Shown one piece after another: positions 1 to 6,862 of a stretch of 15,450 bases of DNA. The notes beneath the pieces are model-generated. The model was not told where the DNA came from, made no database searches, and saw nothing but the letters and a program-made list of their open reading frames with translations. This DNA comes from Candidatus Rokuibacteriota bacterium (lineage in GTDB: Bacteria; Methylomirabilota; Methylomirabilia; Rokubacteriales; DASRDR01). The first letter of the stretch is position 1. The number at the start of each line of letters is the position of its first letter. Where the stretch lies: NCBI GenBank assembly GCA_044866005.1, contig JBIOTN010000033.1, positions 1 through 15,450 of the forward strand, given 5' to 3'. A program made the position numbers and the translations under genes.

Positions 1-24
1 GGCGCAACGATCCGGGGGGAGGAA

Positions 25-53
25 TCGGAGGGGGCCGTCGAGGCCCCCTCCGA
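25..53. repeat. Extragenic palindrome copy 1 (12-bp stem TCGGAGGGGGCC / GGCCCCCTCCGA, 5-nt loop)
   Basis: Perfect inverted repeat 25-36/42-53, identical to 2042-2070 and near-identical to 15426-15450. It begins 2 nt after the dppC stop. The flanking 1-24 (GGCGCAAC..GGGGGG..ATCGG) resembles 1986-2010. Confidence 0.9.
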
Positions 54-55
54 GG

Positions 56-964
56 TCAGACCCCGCGCAGGCGGGGGTCGAGCGCGTCGCGGAGCCCGTC
101 GCCGAAGAGGTTGAAGCCGAGGACGGCCAGGAAGATCGCGAGGCCGGGGAACGTCGTCAGCGAGGGGGCGCGGAAGATGTACTGCCGCCCCTCGCCCAGC
201 ATCGACCCCCACTCGGCCGTGGGCGCTTGGACACCGAGGCCCAGGAAGCCGAGGCCGGCCGCCACGAGGATCGCGAACCCCAGGCTCAGCGTGGCCTGGA
301 CGATCACGGGCGCCATGGCGTTCGGCAGCACGTGGCGGAGGATGATCGCGGGCCGGGTCCGCCCGATCGCCTCCGCCGCCTCCACGTAGACCTGCTCGCG
401 GATCGAGAGCACCGAGCCGCGCACCAGACGGATGAACGAGGGGACCGCGCTGATCCCCACGGCGATGATCACGTTCTGGAGCCCCACCCCCAGGATCGCG
501 ACCAGCGACAGCGCCAGCAGGAACCCCGGAAACGAGAGCAGGATGTCGGCGAAGCGCTGGATGACGAGGTCGGTGCGGCCGCCCTGGAACCCGGAGATCG
601 CCCCGAGCGGGACCCCCACGACCAGCCCTACGGCCACCGCCAGGAAGCCGATCAGGAGCGACAGCCGCCCGCCGTAGAGCAGCCGCGCCAGCATGTCCCG
701 GCCCAGGTGGTCCGTGCCGAGCGGGTGTGCCGGTGAGATCGGCCGCAGGACCTGCGCCAGGTTCTGGCGCGACGGGTCGTAGCCGCTGAGGAGCGGCGCC
801 GCGAGCGCGAGCGCCAGCAGGAGCGCGAGCAGCGCCAGTCCGCACATCGCCGTGCGGTGACGGCGGAAGCGCTGCCAGGTCTCCAGGAAGCGCCGGAGGC
901 GGGGCCAGGTGACCGCCAGGCCCGTCGGCTCAGCCGTAATGGATTCGAGGGTCGATGACGGCAT
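56..964 (-). CDS. dppC: Peptide/nickel ABC transporter permease (DppC/OppC family)
   Basis: HPLGTDHLGRD motif, EAA loop (YVEAAEAIG...IILRHVLPN), LGFLGLG..EWGSML and C-terminal GDGLRDALDPR. Start is placed at ATG 964 (MPSSTLES), overlapping the dppB end; the exact start is uncertain. Confidence 0.9.
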   Translation of the reverse strand: MPSSTLESITAEPTGLAVTWPRLRRFLETWQRFRRHRTAMCGLALLALLLALALAAPLLSGYDPSRQNLAQVLRPISPAHPLGTDHLGRDMLARLLYGGRLSLLIGFLAVAVGLVVGVPLGAISGFQGGRTDLVIQRFADILLSFPGFLLALSLVAILGVGLQNVIIAVGISAVPSFIRLVRGSVLSIREQVYVEAAEAIGRTRPAIILRHVLPNAMAPVIVQATLSLGFAILVAAGLGFLGLGVQAPTAEWGSMLGEGRQYIFRAPSLTTFPGLAIFLAVLGFNLFGDGLRDALDPRLRGV

Positions 965-1859
965 AGAAGAGGTCCACGAGCAGGTTCGTGAGGATGAAGA
1001 GCAGCGAGAAGACCAGCACGATGCCCTGCACCATCGCGTAGTCACGCGCGAAGATCGAATCCACCAGGAGCAGGCCCATCCCCGGCCAGCCGAACACCGA
1101 CTCGGTCAGCACCGCCCCGCCGAGCAACGTCCCGAACTGGAGTCCGACCACGGTCACGATGGGGATCAGGGCGTTCTTGAGGGCGTGTCGCGCGACCACG
1201 AGGCGCTCGGCCAGCCCCTTGGCCCGGGCCGTCCGCACGTAGTCCTGACTCAGGACCTCGAGCATGCTGGCGCGCGTCATCCGGGCGATGAGCGCCACGG
1301 AGAACGCCGCCAGGGTGACGGCCGGCAGGATCACGCTCTCCGGGCTGTCGGCCCCGGCGGCGGGGAGCCAGTTCAGGTGGACGGCGAACACGATGATGAG
1401 CATGAGCCCGAGCCAGTAGACGGGCATCGACACGCCGAACAGCGTCACGAGCGAGAGCAGGTAGTCGAAGCGGGAATACGGGCGGCTCGCGGCGATGGCC
1501 CCGGCGGCGATCCCGACGAGCGCGGCCAGGGCCGAGCTGATCGCGGCGAGCTCGAGGGTGGCGGCGAGGCGCGGCCGGAGCTCGGCCGCGACCGGCTGCG
1601 AGGTCCGCGCCGACTTGCCCAGGTCACCCCGAGCGAGGCGCGCGAGGAACATCCCGTACTGGACGTGGAACGGCTGGTCGAGCGAGAGGTCGACGCGGAT
1701 CCGCTGGACTTCCTCCTCGCTGGCGAGCAGGCCGGCGATGACGCGGGCCGGGTCGCCGGGGAGGAGCCGCACCATCAGGAAGACGATGACCGAGACGCCG
1801 AGGAGGGCGACGAGGGAGGCCACGAACCGCTCGGCAAGATAGCGCCGAAACCGGCTCAC
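930..1859 (-). CDS. dppB: Peptide/nickel ABC transporter permease (DppB/OppB/GsiC family)
   Basis: LPGDPA, GDLGKS, ATLELA, EAA-like DYVRTARAKGL, TESVFGWPGMG and DLFYAVIDPRI motifs; GTG start. Confidence 0.93.
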   Translation of the reverse strand: MSRFRRYLAERFVASLVALLGVSVIVFLMVRLLPGDPARVIAGLLASEEEVQRIRVDLSLDQPFHVQYGMFLARLARGDLGKSARTSQPVAAELRPRLAATLELAAISSALAALVGIAAGAIAASRPYSRFDYLLSLVTLFGVSMPVYWLGLMLIIVFAVHLNWLPAAGADSPESVILPAVTLAAFSVALIARMTRASMLEVLSQDYVRTARAKGLAERLVVARHALKNALIPIVTVVGLQFGTLLGGAVLTESVFGWPGMGLLLVDSIFARDYAMVQGIVLVFSLLFILTNLLVDLFYAVIDPRIHYG

Positions 1860-2006
1860 GGCCCGTCCCCGCCCCCGGTGCGACGCCTAGCTGGATGCGG
1901 ATAAACAACGCCCAGGAAAAGACGGCGCCCCCGCAGCGGGAACGCTCCCGCACCGAATCGACGCGCTCCGAGCGGCGGCTCCGCCGGCGCAACCGAAGGG
2001 GGGGCA

Positions 2007-2034
2007 TCGGGGGGGTCTTCCGAGACCCCCCCGA
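2007..2034. repeat. Variant palindrome (12-bp stem TCGGGGGGGTCT / AGACCCCCCCGA, loop TCCG)
   Basis: Perfect inverted repeat with the same TCGG...CCGA ends and stem length as the neighbouring repeat family. Confidence 0.8.
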
Positions 2035-2041
2035 GCGGCAA

Positions 2042-2070
2042 TCGGAGGGGGCCGTCGAGGCCCCCTCCGA
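2042..2070. repeat. Extragenic palindrome copy 2
   Basis: Identical to 25-53; begins 5 nt after the dppA stop on the minus strand. Confidence 0.9.
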
Positions 2071-2075
2071 AGCAC

Positions 2076-3629
2076 CTAGCGGACCGGGCGCGCGTAGACG
2101 GCGTAGAACTTCTCGTTCGGGATGGAGCCGACGTCCGTCACCTTTGCCGAGTGGACGATGGGGAACCGCTGGACGTAGAGGAAGATCCACGGAGCGTCCG
2201 CCCAGATCTTCTTCGCCGCCTCGCAGTAGAGCTCGCGCCGCTTGTCCGGATGGAGCTCTCGCTCCGCAGCGGTGACGAGCTCGTCCACGCGGCCGTCCTT
2301 GTAGAAGGAAGTCTCCAGCCCGTTCGGCGGCGCCTGGGTCGAGAGGAACTGGAGCATGGCCTGCGCGGCGTCGAGGTAAGCCGGCGCCCAGCCCAGGAAG
2401 TGGAGCTCCGTCGTGTTCTTGTCGGCGGGGGTCGTGATGGTGCGGATGTAGCTCGGCCAGTCCATGGTCTGGAGCTCCGGCTCCAGCCCGACGTCGCGGA
2501 GGAAGCCCGCGATGGCCTGGGCGACCTCCTTGTCCTGGACGTAGCGCCCCGTCGGGTGGATGAACGAGACCCGGGTCCCGGGCTTGACGCCGGCCTCGGC
2601 CAGGAGCTGCTTGGCCTTGGCGGGGTTGAACTCGTACGCGCCGACCTTGCAGTAGCCGAAGAGGCTCGGCGCCATCGGGGCGTCCATCGCGTCGGCGGCG
2701 CCGAAGATGACGTTCTGGACGATGGCGTTCTTGTCCACGGCGTGGTTGAGCGCCTGGCGGACGCGCGGGTCGGCGAACTTCGTCGTGTTGGCGGCGACGA
2801 AGATGGTCCGGTCGCTGGGGGCGAGGAGCACCTTCACGGCCGGGTTCTTCTGGAGCGCGGGAAGGTCCGCGACCGGCGGCAGGATGATGAGGTCCACCTG
2901 CCCGGCCAGCAGCAAGCTCTCGCGCGTCGCCGCCTCCGGGATGATGCGGAAGACCACCGCGTCGTAGTGCGGCTTCTTCCCCCAGTACTTCTCGTAGAGC
3001 GCGACCGTGAGGCTCTCGCCTTTCTTCCGCTCCTTGAAGACGTAGGGGCCCGTCCCGACCGGGTAGACGATGTTCTTGTAGTCGTTTCCCTGCTTCTCCG
3101 CGGAGGCCGGCGAGATCATCCCCGACGGGGTCCAGGTGAGCGCGCTGATGAACGGCGCCGAGGGGCGCGTCAGCGTGACGCGGACCGTCGTCGCGTCGAC
3201 GGCCATCGCGTCCTTGATGGGGTAGATCGCCCGGAAGGGGTTGCGCACCGCGGGGTCCTTGATCCGGTCCAGGTTCCACTTGACCGCGCTGGCGTCGAAC
3301 GGCGTGCCATCGTGGAACGTCACGCCCTTCCGAAGCTTGAAGGTGTACTGCGTCCCGTCCGGGGCGACCGTCCAGCTCTCGGCGAGCAGGGGCCTGGTCT
3401 TTCCCTCCGGGTCGAGGAAGGTGAGCGTCTCGACCACGTAATCCACCATGTTCGCGACCGTCGTGGTCGTCTGCTGCACCGGATCGACGGTATCCGGATC
3501 GACGCCCACGGCGATCCGGAACGTCCCGGCGGCGGCTGCCACGCCCGGGACGGCGAAGACGACGAGCAGAGCCAGCGCCACCGGCGCCAGCCGGCGACCG
3601 AGCGGGCGGAAGCTGCGCGAGGCGACCAT
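2076..3629 (-). CDS. dppA: ABC transporter substrate-binding protein, family 5 (DppA/OppA/GsiB-like)
   Basis: SD AAGGAGG upstream of ATG 3629 and a signal peptide ending AAA. Family-5 signature LAESWTVAPDGTQYTFKLRKGVTFHDGTPFDA, plus PVGTGPY and RVRQALNHAVDK. The ORF-track start at 4409 is a spurious extension. Substrate is unknown. Confidence 0.92.
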   Translation of the reverse strand: MVASRSFRPLGRRLAPVALALLVVFAVPGVAAAAGTFRIAVGVDPDTVDPVQQTTTTVANMVDYVVETLTFLDPEGKTRPLLAESWTVAPDGTQYTFKLRKGVTFHDGTPFDASAVKWNLDRIKDPAVRNPFRAIYPIKDAMAVDATTVRVTLTRPSAPFISALTWTPSGMISPASAEKQGNDYKNIVYPVGTGPYVFKERKKGESLTVALYEKYWGKKPHYDAVVFRIIPEAATRESLLLAGQVDLIILPPVADLPALQKNPAVKVLLAPSDRTIFVAANTTKFADPRVRQALNHAVDKNAIVQNVIFGAADAMDAPMAPSLFGYCKVGAYEFNPAKAKQLLAEAGVKPGTRVSFIHPTGRYVQDKEVAQAIAGFLRDVGLEPELQTMDWPSYIRTITTPADKNTTELHFLGWAPAYLDAAQAMLQFLSTQAPPNGLETSFYKDGRVDELVTAAERELHPDKRRELYCEAAKKIWADAPWIFLYVQRFPIVHSAKVTDVGSIPNEKFYAVYARPVR

Positions 3630-3727
3630 GTGTGTCCTCCTTGGCTCAGGCGTCGGATGCGGCACCGCGCCGGTCCGGTCCCGCGCCGCGCGAGGACCGG
3701 GACGCGCGTCGTGTGCGGTGTGGGACG

Positions 3728-3756
3728 ATGATACCGCGGCGCGTTCCCGGGTAAAA
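3728..3756 (-). promoter_or_regulatory. Putative sigma70 promoter of the dpp operon
   Basis: Minus strand TTTACC/TTTTAC, 16-17 nt spacer, TATCAT, about 100 nt upstream of the dppA start. Confidence 0.4.
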
Positions 3757-3789
3757 CCCGCCGCCCCGCCAGCCGCCCGCCGCGGCGGC

Positions 3790-4392
3790 TCAGCCCCGGG
3801 CCCCCCGCCGCCGCTCGACCCGCCGGACGAGGAGCGCCACCCCCGCCGCGCCCAGCCCGGTGCCGACCAGGTCCCAGGCGGGGAGGCCGAGCCCCCAGTC
3901 GAGCGCCGCGGCCGCGAGGCTGCCGGCCGCGACGAGCAGTGCCGCCCAGCGTCCGAACACGAGGGCCGGGCGGGCCAGGGCGCCGCGGTCGCCCTCCAGG
4001 CAGGCCACCGCCAGGAACGCCCCCGCCGCGTCGACGAGGACGTCGAGCGCCGACGGCGTGCGGTTCGGCGCGAGGGCCTGTCGCGTCTCGTCGAGGACCG
4101 CGTAGAGCGCGGACAGCCCGACGGCCCAGGCGGCCGCGTGGCGCGCCGGCCGGTCCGGCGCGAGCGCGCGCAGCCAGAGGGTCGCCAGGATGCCGTACTC
4201 GACCACGTGGCCCAGCTTGCGCAGCACGACGTGCAGGCCGTGCAGCAGTCCGGCGCTGGCCCACGGCAGGAGGCGCGCCAGGAGGGGGAGGACGATCGAG
4301 CCGGTGGCCGTGGCGCCGAAGAGGCCGCCCGAGAGGACGGCGATGACGGCCATCCAGGCGATCGGCGGCCCGAAGCGCGCCAGGCGGCGCAT
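3790..4392 (-). CDS. VanZ-like family membrane protein
   Basis: RKLGHVVEYGIL and LDETRQALAPNRTPSALDVLVD match the VanZ-like pattern (K-x-x-H-x-x-x-Y ... E-x-x-Q ... R ... D ... D). Several hydrophobic helices; GGAGG just before ATG 4392. Confidence 0.82.
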   Translation of the reverse strand: MRRLARFGPPIAWMAVIAVLSGGLFGATATGSIVLPLLARLLPWASAGLLHGLHVVLRKLGHVVEYGILATLWLRALAPDRPARHAAAWAVGLSALYAVLDETRQALAPNRTPSALDVLVDAAGAFLAVACLEGDRGALARPALVFGRWAALLVAAGSLAAAALDWGLGLPAWDLVGTGLGAAGVALLVRRVERRRGARG

Positions 4393-4422
4393 GGGCCTCC
4401 ATTGAACACTGCTCGCCAAACG

Positions 4423-4452
4423 TTGACAATCCTCGCGGCGCCCTCCTAAGAT
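4423..4452 (+). promoter_or_regulatory. Putative sigma70 promoter of mrfAB
   Basis: Consensus TTGACA (4423-4428), 18 nt spacer, TAAGAT (4447-4452). Confidence 0.6.
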
Positions 4453-4462
4453 GGCGGGCGAC

Positions 4463-6850
4463 ATGGCGGGCAGCGAGCCGCGCGCCGATCTCGCCGACCT
4501 GCTCGACCGCCTCGTGGAAGACGCCGGCGACGCCGTCACCGCCCTGCGGCGCTTTCCACCGCGCCCCGCGACGCTCGTCCCGATCCCGGACTCGGTCGAC
4601 CCCCGCCTGGCCGAGGCCTTGCGGGGCCGTGGGATCGAGGCCCTCTACAGCCATCAGGCCCGAGCGGTCGAGCTGACGGCGAAGGGCGGGCACTGCGTCG
4701 TCGTCACGCCGACGGCGTCCGGAAAGACGCTCTGCTACAACCTGCCCGTCCTCCAGGCGCTCCTGGCCGATCCGGCCGCCCGCGCGCTCTACCTCTTCCC
4801 GACCAAGGCGCTGGCGCAAGACCAGCTGGCAGAGCTCGAGGCGCTGGCGCGCGCCCTGCCGGACCTCCGGATCCACACCTATGACGGCGACACGCCGCAG
4901 GACGCCCGCCGTGCCGTCCGCGCGCGCGCGAATCTCGTGCTGACGAACCCGGACATGCTCCACGCGGGGATCCTGCCCCACCACACCAAGTGGGTCGCCC
5001 TGTTCCAGAACCTCCGATACGTCATCCTCGACGAGCTCCATACCTATCGCGGCGTCTTCGGCAGTCACCTGGCGAACGTGCTCAGGCGGCTCCACCGCGT
5101 GTGTCGTCACTACGGCTCGTCGCCCCAGTTCGTCTCTGCCTCGGCGACGATCGCGAACCCGCAGGAGCTGGCCGAGCGGCTCGTGGGCCAGCCGGTGTCG
5201 CTCGTCACCGAGAACGGCGCCCCGTCGGGCGAGCGGGTCCTCATCTTCTACAATCCGCCCGTCGTCAACGCCGAGCTCGGGATCCGCCGCCCCTATCTCA
5301 AGGAGACCGCCCGGCTGGCCGCCCCGTTCCTGAAGCGCCGGGTCTCGACGATCGTCTTCGCGGGGAGCCGGCTGGCCCAGGAGGTCCTGCTCACCACCCT
5401 CAAGAGCGCGGTGGAACGGCCGCCGGCGCTCATGGACGTGATCCGCGGCTACCGCGGCGGCTACCTTCCCGGCCGGCGGCGCGAGGTCGAGCGCGGGCTG
5501 CGCGAGGGCGGGGTGCTGGGGGTCGTGGCGACCAACGCGCTCGAGCTCGGCATCGACATCGGGCACCTCGATCTCGCGGTCCTCGCGGGGTATCCCGGGA
5601 CGATCGCCTCCACCTGGCAGCAGGCCGGCCGGGCGGGACGCCGGAGCGGGCTCAGCGCGGCGCTCCTGGTCGCCTCCTCGGCGCCGCTCGACCAGTTCAT
5701 GGTCACGCACCCCGACTACTTTTTCGGCGCGTCGCCCGAGCACGGGCTGGTCAACCCGGACAACCCGTACATCCTCGTGAGTCACCTCAAGTGCGCCGCC
5801 TTCGAGCTGCCGTTCGTGGACGGGGAGCCGTTCGGCGACCAGGACGTCGGCGCCTACCTCCGGCTCCTCGGCGAGGAGGGGCTCCTGCACGCCACGGGAG
5901 GCCGCTGGCACTGGACGAGCGAGAGCTATCCCGCCGACCACCTCTCGCTCCGCGCGGTCAGCAGCGACAACTTCGTGGTGGTGGACACCACGCACCGGGA
6001 GATGGTGGACCGGCGCCTGACCAAGAAGCGCGAGGTCATCGCCGAGGTGGACTGGAAGAGCGCCTTCAGCATGATCTACCCCAAGGCGATCTACCTGATC
6101 GAGGGCGAGCAGTACGAGGTGCAGGAGCTCCGCTTCCGAGAGGACGAGGAGAAGGTCGCCTACGTCAAGCGGATCCAGGTCGACTACTTCACCGACGCCA
6201 TCACGGCCAAAGGGGTCTGGGGGCTCGACCGCTTCCGCGAGGCGTCGGCCGGGGCGGCGCAGGTCACCCAGGGCGAGCTGCTCGTGGCCGAGCAGGTCGT
6301 GGGCTTCAAGAAGATCAAGTTCGACACCATGGAGAACGTCGGGTCGGGCGAAGTCGAGCTGCCGCAGCAGGAGATGCAGACGGCCGGGCTCTGGCTCACC
6401 CTCTCCCCGGAGGCGCTCGCCGCCGTCTCGTCGGATCGCGACGCGCTGGTGGACGGCTTGCGCGGTCTCAGCTACCTCGCCCACCACCTGGCGCCGCTCT
6501 TCCTCATGTGCGACGTGCGCGATCTCGGCTCGTGGCTCGGGGATGCGCCGCCCAGCGGCCCGACGGGCGCCGGCGCGCCCGCGGTCCTCACCGCCCAGGG
6601 GACCCGCACGCGCTTGCTGGCCGCCGAGCGCTTCGAGCCCACGGTCTACCTCTACGACAATCACCCCGGCGGGATCGGGCTCACGGAGCGACTGTTCGAG
6701 ATCCTCCCGTCGGTCCTCGCCCGCGCGCGCGACCTCCTGGCTGCGTGTCCGTGCCGGGCCGGCTGCCCGTCCTGCGTGGGCCCGGTCAACGAGGTGGGCC
6801 GCCAGGCGAAGCCGGTCGCCGCGAGCCTGGTGGATCGCCTCCTCGGCTAG
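4463..6850 (+). CDS. mrfA: SF2 DEAD/DEAH-box helicase with C-terminal DUF1998 (MrfA/YprA/SftH/Hrq1 family)
   Basis: LYSHQ, motif I TPTASGKT, LFPTKALAQDQ, YDGDT, TNPDMLH, motif II DELH, SAT, TNALELGIDIG, QQAGRAGR, LYDNHPGGIG and C-terminal CPCRAGCPSC. An alternative start at ATG 4451 overlaps the putative -10 box. Confidence 0.92.
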   Translation: MAGSEPRADLADLLDRLVEDAGDAVTALRRFPPRPATLVPIPDSVDPRLAEALRGRGIEALYSHQARAVELTAKGGHCVVVTPTASGKTLCYNLPVLQALLADPAARALYLFPTKALAQDQLAELEALARALPDLRIHTYDGDTPQDARRAVRARANLVLTNPDMLHAGILPHHTKWVALFQNLRYVILDELHTYRGVFGSHLANVLRRLHRVCRHYGSSPQFVSASATIANPQELAERLVGQPVSLVTENGAPSGERVLIFYNPPVVNAELGIRRPYLKETARLAAPFLKRRVSTIVFAGSRLAQEVLLTTLKSAVERPPALMDVIRGYRGGYLPGRRREVERGLREGGVLGVVATNALELGIDIGHLDLAVLAGYPGTIASTWQQAGRAGRRSGLSAALLVASSAPLDQFMVTHPDYFFGASPEHGLVNPDNPYILVSHLKCAAFELPFVDGEPFGDQDVGAYLRLLGEEGLLHATGGRWHWTSESYPADHLSLRAVSSDNFVVVDTTHREMVDRRLTKKREVIAEVDWKSAFSMIYPKAIYLIEGEQYEVQELRFREDEEKVAYVKRIQVDYFTDAITAKGVWGLDRFREASAGAAQVTQGELLVAEQVVGFKKIKFDTMENVGSGEVELPQQEMQTAGLWLTLSPEALAAVSSDRDALVDGLRGLSYLAHHLAPLFLMCDVRDLGSWLGDAPPSGPTGAGAPAVLTAQGTRTRLLAAERFEPTVYLYDNHPGGIGLTERLFEILPSVLARARDLLAACPCRAGCPSCVGPVNEVGRQAKPVAASLVDRLLG

Positions 6851-6862
6851 CCGCGAGCGTCA

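Larger units (their letters stand above)
1886..2080. mobile_element. Putative non-autonomous MITE/REP-like element (189-bp unit) flanked by a CCTAGC direct repeat
   Basis: CCTAGC at 1886-1891 and 2075-2080, where the right copy contains the dppA TAG. Internal hairpins at 1936-1951, 1973-1986, 2007-2034 and 2042-2070. No transposase, and only weak terminal inverted similarity, so mobility is inferred. Confidence 0.5.

Noticed and set aside
2007..2070. Tandem palindromes as a mini-CRISPR array
   Set aside because: The two units differ in sequence, are only 7 nt apart, have no spacers, and no cas genes are present.
909..3731. Alternative-frame ORFs over dppB/dppA (909-1904 +, 1624-3279 -, 2151-3731 +, 1895-2275 +)
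   Set aside because: Shadow frames with no family motifs; none resembles a transposase for the repeat element.
3630..4409. Apparent 777-aa extended DppA or VanZ-DppA fusion
   Set aside because: The extension is an off-frame read of the VanZ-like gene; a strong SD and signal peptide define the start at 3629.
4404..4415. GAAC-containing sequence upstream of mrfA as a Gram-positive SOS box
   Set aside because: Does not fit GAAC-N4-GTTC.
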